Under the pieces are notes generated by a model. That model was not told where the DNA came from. It ran no database searches and saw only the letters and a list, made by a program, of their open reading frames with translations. Below are positions 24,198-27,964 of a stretch of DNA of 27,964 bases, piece by piece. The translations under genes were made by a program, and so were the position numbers. Numbering within the stretch: the first letter of the stretch is position 1; every line of letters starts with the position of its first letter. This DNA is from a virus (Duplodnaviria > Caudoviricetes), in the IMG/VR virus record IMGVR_UViG_3300017648_000013, positions 1 through 27,964 of that record; one strand, written 5' to 3'.

Positions 24198-24309
24198 CGG
24201 CTTCTATTGCCGGTCTAGCCGCCCGGTGGGATGAGTGAAAGGAGTGTCGCTCCCAGAATGGCTAGACAGTTGAATGTGCCTGTGCTGAATTACCAGCGGG
24301 AGGCTTATC

Positions 24310-24528
24310 ATGTTTGAAAACCAGACAATCGGGGTGACTTGCCCTAAATGTAGAAATCAGATCGAGCAGACTATCGCTTGGCTTAAAACGCACGACAAAA
24401 TGACCTGTGCTGGGTGCGGTTCTGATTTCATCATCAATAGCGAAAAGCTCTTCACCGGAATTGAGAAGGCTGAGGAGGCTGTCTCGAAATTCAGGAAATC
24501 TATCCGAAGTATAGGAAAGCGGAGATAG
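24310..24528 (+). CDS. small zinc-ribbon protein (CxxC...CxxC) with basic helical tail
   Basis: CPKC and CAGC motifs; GGGAGG SD. Confidence 0.75.
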   Translation: MFENQTIGVTCPKCRNQIEQTIAWLKTHDKMTCAGCGSDFIINSEKLFTGIEKAEEAVSKFRKSIRSIGKRR

Positions 24529-24597
24529 CATTTCATGCAATCCATTCAGGTCAATGGATAGCTTCAAGGCACATAATGCCATCTGAACACTCCAAAT

Positions 24598-24621
24598 GAA
24601 AAACCCCGCTCAATGGCGGGG
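24598..24621 (-). terminator. intrinsic terminator
   Basis: CCCCGC-CATTGA-GCGGGG-TTTTT. Confidence 0.7.
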
Positions 24622-24681
24622 CTGATTGTTGGTCGCATATTTAGACAGATGCGCTATCCTGATGAAAACAGGAGGGCAGCA

Positions 24682-24882
24682 ATGTATCAGATCAAGGTTT
24701 TGGAACTTCTCGAAGACGGTACATCACGGCCACATGAGTTCACCGAAATGGAAACCGCTCAGGATTTCGTCAGACACGCAACCTTCGACTTGAAGGTCTG
24801 GATAGAAAAGTACGGCATCTTTGACCGCGATGACTTCTTGAAGCTCCGGTCTATGCCGCAGGATGAAGCCATCCCGTTTTAG
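24682..24882 (+). CDS. small acidic hypothetical protein (moron, 66 aa)
   Basis: AGGAGGG SD; sits between two terminator hairpins. Confidence 0.7.
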   Translation: MYQIKVLELLEDGTSRPHEFTEMETAQDFVRHATFDLKVWIEKYGIFDRDDFLKLRSMPQDEAIPF

Positions 24883-24903
24883 TTCCGCCGGCTCTCTCCA
24901 ATG

Positions 24904-24931
24904 AAAAAGCCGCCACCCGAAGGCGACGGCT
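24904..24931 (-). terminator. intrinsic terminator
   Basis: AGCCGTCGCC-TTCG-GGTGGCGGCT-TTTT. Confidence 0.8.
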
Positions 24932-24934
24932 AAA

Positions 24935-25138
24935 TTACTCGCGAATGTCGTCAAATGACTTCGTGCGCGGCTCTTGATCGTGCGACCCCTTGGCGAAGAC
25001 AACCAGATCACCGTCAGCTATTTCTCGGCGCGCCCTCAAGTCCCATCCGCGATGAATGAAGTGTGGTGGCCCGAAAGCTTTGACTGCTGACCAGTATTCC
25101 TCACCACAAAACCCGACGAAGTGGACACATCGTTTCAT
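24935..25138 (-). CDS. hypothetical phage protein, first gene after the structured RNA
   Basis: 67 aa; GAGGTG SD; followed by a terminator. Confidence 0.7.
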   Translation of the reverse strand: MKRCVHFVGFCGEEYWSAVKAFGPPHFIHRGWDLRARREIADGDLVVFAKGSHDQEPRTKSFDDIRE

Positions 25139-25139
25139 T

Positions 25140-25523
25140 TGGGCACCACCTCATACACGGTGGCCTACCACCATACGGATAAGATCAGAACGGGACTACG
25201 GCAGGCTTGCAAGGCTCCGCGCTATATGGGCGCGGCTACCGTTATTTCGTCCCCTCTGGAAACACGCCAGACGCTTGAACGCCGTTCTGATTTGTTTGCC
25301 CTCATGTTTCGCGCTACCCGGATAAGTGGGGCGGTACTGCATGAGGGCGGATCGTCGGCTTCCGCAAAGGCATCCTGTGCCACCGGCTTGCGCCGTCTTC
25401 CACCTGTCGACGTAACTTTCCGCCGTGTCATCACGGGGCCGTGCCGTGCCACCTACTAACGCTCTCCACCTCCAGCCTTGCCTTTGGCTTCAACGAGACG
25501 CTTTCGCTCAGGATTGGTGCCCA
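25140..25523 (-). ncRNA. candidate large structured RNA (~384 nt)
   Basis: 9-bp terminal closing stem, nested perfect 10- and 9-bp stems, GNRA tetraloops, and G-U pairs that work only on the minus strand (see findings). Confidence 0.65.
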
Positions 25524-25527
25524 TCCG

Positions 25528-26100
25528 CTATGCAGCGGGTTTCATTTTCTCATGAAGAGAAGGGATGTTCTTGGGCTTGGCGTCCGGCGCTCTCCAGTGT
25601 GTCGCGCACTTCTCGGACGATACCGTTTGTTGATGTGAGTTATCGTCGTTTTCGGACATGCTGTCTAGCCCGACTGTCAACCGAACTTGATACAATCGGT
25701 TGAGATTGTTCGCAATCGTTTGGGTTAATTGATCAATTTTCCTTCTCATTTGTCGGTCATTCATCATATTTTCTAATGCAAACCGGCTTAGCTTCATGCC
25801 TTTCCGGGCTTTCACATAGGCCCAGCCGTACAGAAGCTTGCGGTCCTCGGCCTTCTCAAGCTCGTTAATCCATTTCCAGCATTCGTACATCCGGTCGATA
25901 GCGGCGGCGACAGGACGGCGCTTGTATGTGGCGGGCGCCGATCCATACGCCATGTTGAAGCTGTCAGGCTTACCGTCTGGCATCGACCCTCTTGCCCATG
26001 TTGGCCCCTTCTCACCAGGCATGAGCATGAGCGTTTCAGCGGCTTCGAGGACGCGGTGTTCGATATCCTTGGCGGTCCACTCTTGGTACGTCTGGCTCAT
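25528..26100 (-). CDS. putative late transcription regulator (antiterminator Q position; DUF6362-like)
   Basis: WTAKDIEHRVLEAAETL...P...IDRM.E...WI..L...DRKLL..WA...IANNLN; last early gene before the packaging module. Confidence 0.55.
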   Translation of the reverse strand: MSQTYQEWTAKDIEHRVLEAAETLMLMPGEKGPTWARGSMPDGKPDSFNMAYGSAPATYKRRPVAAAIDRMYECWKWINELEKAEDRKLLYGWAYVKARKGMKLSRFALENMMNDRQMRRKIDQLTQTIANNLNRLYQVRLTVGLDSMSENDDNSHQQTVSSEKCATHWRAPDAKPKNIPSLHEKMKPAA

Positions 26101-26537
26101 GCCGCCTCCCTGCTGTCGAAGAAATCGCTCTGTGCTGGCTTGTTCAGGATCATCATCAAAAGCACCCTGAGAACGTGGGTTGTCGGTATTCCGCAATTCA
26201 TTGCCTTGGCTTTCAGTCGGAGCATACCGAGGTCGATGGAATCGAAGTCAGAGACAAGCGTTCGGCTGTGGATCAGGTGCGGGCACTGGATCAGAACGGA
26301 CGAAACTGCTTTCACCATGTCAGAATAGATGAACAGTGAGTTCTGAGCCGTCCCGACCATTAATTGCAGAACAAGGCGAAGATGATCCTCGCCGTGCTCT
26401 CTTCCTATTTCGCGCAATGTCGGCTTGCAGAAACACTCCCTTGGCTTCCGGCTCGTCGGTGAATGGTCACAGCTGGCTCGCAGGATCACACCGCACTGGC
26501 GGGCCACCTTGTAGATGTCGCATGACCGCTTAGCCAT
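26097..26537 (-). CDS. hypothetical phage protein
   Basis: 146 aa, coupled to neighbours, GGAGG SD. Confidence 0.7.
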   Translation of the reverse strand: MAKRSCDIYKVARQCGVILRASCDHSPTSRKPRECFCKPTLREIGREHGEDHLRLVLQLMVGTAQNSLFIYSDMVKAVSSVLIQCPHLIHSRTLVSDFDSIDLGMLRLKAKAMNCGIPTTHVLRVLLMMILNKPAQSDFFDSREAA

Positions 26538-26736
26538 CCGAGACCTCCAACGGGAATCTCTGTTTCAAAGCTCCGAACATTGGCTCACCGTCTGACCCGA
26601 CACAGTCGGCCGGCACTTCAACGATCTTGCTGCGCTGCATGACGGCTTTGAGCTCAGGCGCGCCGCCATTGGTTCGATACACGACGGGCGACCACGACAT
26701 GTTCTCCAACTCGTAACAGAACCACATCCGGGTCAT
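26530..26736 (-). CDS. hypothetical phage protein (68 aa)
   Basis: Start MTRMWF with AGGAGG SD. Confidence 0.7.
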   Translation of the reverse strand: MTRMWFCYELENMSWSPVVYRTNGGAPELKAVMQRSKIVEVPADCVGSDGEPMFGALKQRFPLEVSDG

Positions 26737-26754
26737 AGCCGTCCTCCTAACTGG

Positions 26755-26779
26755 GGAACGATTATCCTGGGCGGCCGTT
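26755..26779 (+). promoter_or_regulatory. EcfG-type (RpoE2/RpoE1/SigT) general-stress promoter
   Basis: Exact GGAAC-N16-CGTT, 22 nt upstream of the DUF982 ATG. Confidence 0.75.
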
Positions 26780-26801
26780 CTCCTATTGAAAGGAACGCAC
26801 C

Positions 26802-27041
26802 ATGAACCGCTATTGGGACAAGCCGATAATGGTCGTGGGCGACGATGGATATCTGACAACGATCCGTTGCGCTCAGGAAGCCGCTGCGTTCATTCTCGAT
26901 CATTGGCCTGATGAAATGGATGACACGCTGCTTCGACCATTGGAAAAGCTTATTGACGTGATTGATGACGGGCGTTGCCCCGAGGATGCCAGAAAGGAAT
27001 TCCTGGTGGCCATTCATCAGTTTTCGAGATTGCACAGCTAA
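26802..27041 (+). CDS. DUF982-family protein (moron)
   Basis: WDKPI.V...I....EAAAFILDHWP...PEDARKEFLVA pattern; AAGGA SD. Confidence 0.75.
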   Translation: MNRYWDKPIMVVGDDGYLTTIRCAQEAAAFILDHWPDEMDDTLLRPLEKLIDVIDDGRCPEDARKEFLVAIHQFSRLHS

Positions 27042-27043
27042 CA

Positions 27044-27343
27044 TTACGCTGCCCTCTCCTTCCGCTCGACTTCGATCTTGCGGCCTTTCCTGAAGATGGC
27101 GCCGAATACCTTCTCCGCCTCAGAGCGAGCCACAGACAGCTTTTCACCGTCACGGACCATCACACTCTGCTCGATCTTGTGTTTTGCTCTCCACGCCTCG
27201 CATTCTGCCTTTTCGGCGGTTGGGAAATACCTTGGCTGGCCGTACTCATCGGCTACGGTGAAATGTTGGGTGCGCCAGACCAGACGGAACTTTCCGATAA
27301 AGCCTTTGGGCGTGCCTTCTGCAAATGCGGTCGATTCGTTCAT
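27044..27343 (-). CDS. hypothetical phage protein
   Basis: 99 aa, ATGA-coupled to the helicase gene. Confidence 0.7.
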   Translation of the reverse strand: MNESTAFAEGTPKGFIGKFRLVWRTQHFTVADEYGQPRYFPTAEKAECEAWRAKHKIEQSVMVRDGEKLSVARSEAEKVFGAIFRKGRKIEVERKERAA

Positions 27344-27963
27344 AGGTTTAAGCCCAGTGGATTTTCGATGATTTCCTGTCGGATCAGTTCCGGCTCATTC
27401 ATGCCGCCCAGATCAACAAACGTTGTCGTTGGTCCGTGCCAGCCGCATTCAACATCTCGCGGCCACTGACTTTCACGTGACAGAGCAAGAAAGACTTTCG
27501 CCTTGTCTTCGTTCTGATCGACCAGGTTCTTCCAGACTTCGTACAGATCGGAGAACTTCGACGGCTCGTATTCCTTGAGAAACACGACTGGACGGAACGG
27601 GATCAGAACGTGATCAGCATCGCGCTCTATCGCGCCGATCAGATCCGAGTACCGGGGCTTCTTCGCGAGCAACTGGTGAAAGAACTTCTCATTCACTGTT
27701 GGCTTGTAATCGGCGAAGACGTTCTTCTTGAGCTGCGCACAGCCGATGATTGGGATATCGACCTCTCTCGCGATCTGTTTGAGCCTTGCGGTGACTATCT
27801 GGCCAAATTCCCAGTCTGCCAGTTTTGTTTCGCCCTTGTTCCGATCGATCAGGCCCATGTGGTCAATGACAGCCAGCCCTTTGCCCTTCTTCGAGACGAA
27901 ATACCGAATCCGTTCTTCGATCTGGTCGAGTGTCAGCCGCTTCTGCTGGATGAATATCTGCTT
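27340..27963 (-). CDS. DnaB-like replicative helicase, C-terminal part (5' end outside the window)
   Basis: Frame open to the window edge; AVIDHMGLI, LKQIAREVDIPIIGCAQL, PRYSDLIGAIERDAD. Confidence 0.85.
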   Translation of the reverse strand, partial: KQIFIQQKRLTLDQIEERIRYFVSKKGKGLAVIDHMGLIDRNKGETKLADWEFGQIVTARLKQIAREVDIPIIGCAQLKKNVFADYKPTVNEKFFHQLLAKKPRYSDLIGAIERDADHVLIPFRPVVFLKEYEPSKFSDLYEVWKNLVDQNEDKAKVFLALSRESQWPRDVECGWHGPTTTFVDLGGMNEPELIRQEIIENPLGLNL

Positions 27964-27964
27964 G

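Noticed and set aside
25140-25523. Structured element as RNase P RNA, tmRNA, tRNA, group I/II intron or hammerhead
   Set aside because: No GAGGAAAGUCC, no cloverleaf or CCA end, no GUGCG start or domain V, no CUGAUGA core. A GUAGUCC resembling the group I S element has no convincing partner and no gene is interrupted.
25121-25703. ORFs overlapping the structured RNA (25121-25459 +, 25222-25452 -, 25425-25703 +, 25441-25638 +)
   Set aside because: No recognisable motifs, atypical composition, and several overlap real genes. The nested base-pairing explains the region better.
1-27964. CRISPR array, tRNA genes, IS elements, att sites
   Set aside because: No regularly spaced repeats, cloverleafs or transposase motifs were seen. 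No att repeat pair can be identified because the prophage extends beyond the window.

Overview
The window holds the late and structural half of a temperate, long-tailed (siphovirus-type) prophage. The gene families point to an alphaproteobacterial Rhizobiales host, probably Brucella/Ochrobactrum-like (inference). Nearly all core genes lie on the minus strand. From right to left they are: DnaB-like helicase (partial), small hypothetical genes, a putative late regulator at the Q position, TerS, TerL, portal, scaffold, major capsid, head-tail connectors with a displaced Mu gpF-like gene, tail tube, G/GT tail chaperones with a -1 frameshift, tape measure, Dit, hub, NlpC/P60-like protein, central fibre, three paralogous small tip proteins, side fibre with chaperone, GH108 endolysin, i- and o-spanin, and a holin-like gene. 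Plus-strand accessory genes (morons) are interspersed: the C-terminus of an NHEJ Ku, a secreted TolA-C-terminal-domain-like protein with a Cys-rich partner, DUF982, and others, some with EcfG-type general-stress promoters. The most striking unexplained signals are non-coding: (1) a ~384-nt multi-domain structured RNA that fills the whole gap between the late regulator and the first late gene; (2) four C-GGGA(A/U)-G pentaloop hairpins in front of the scaffold and capsid genes; (3) two tandem sRNA-like units with anti-Shine-Dalgarno loops between the tail and lysis modules. All calls come from reading the sequence; no searches were run.
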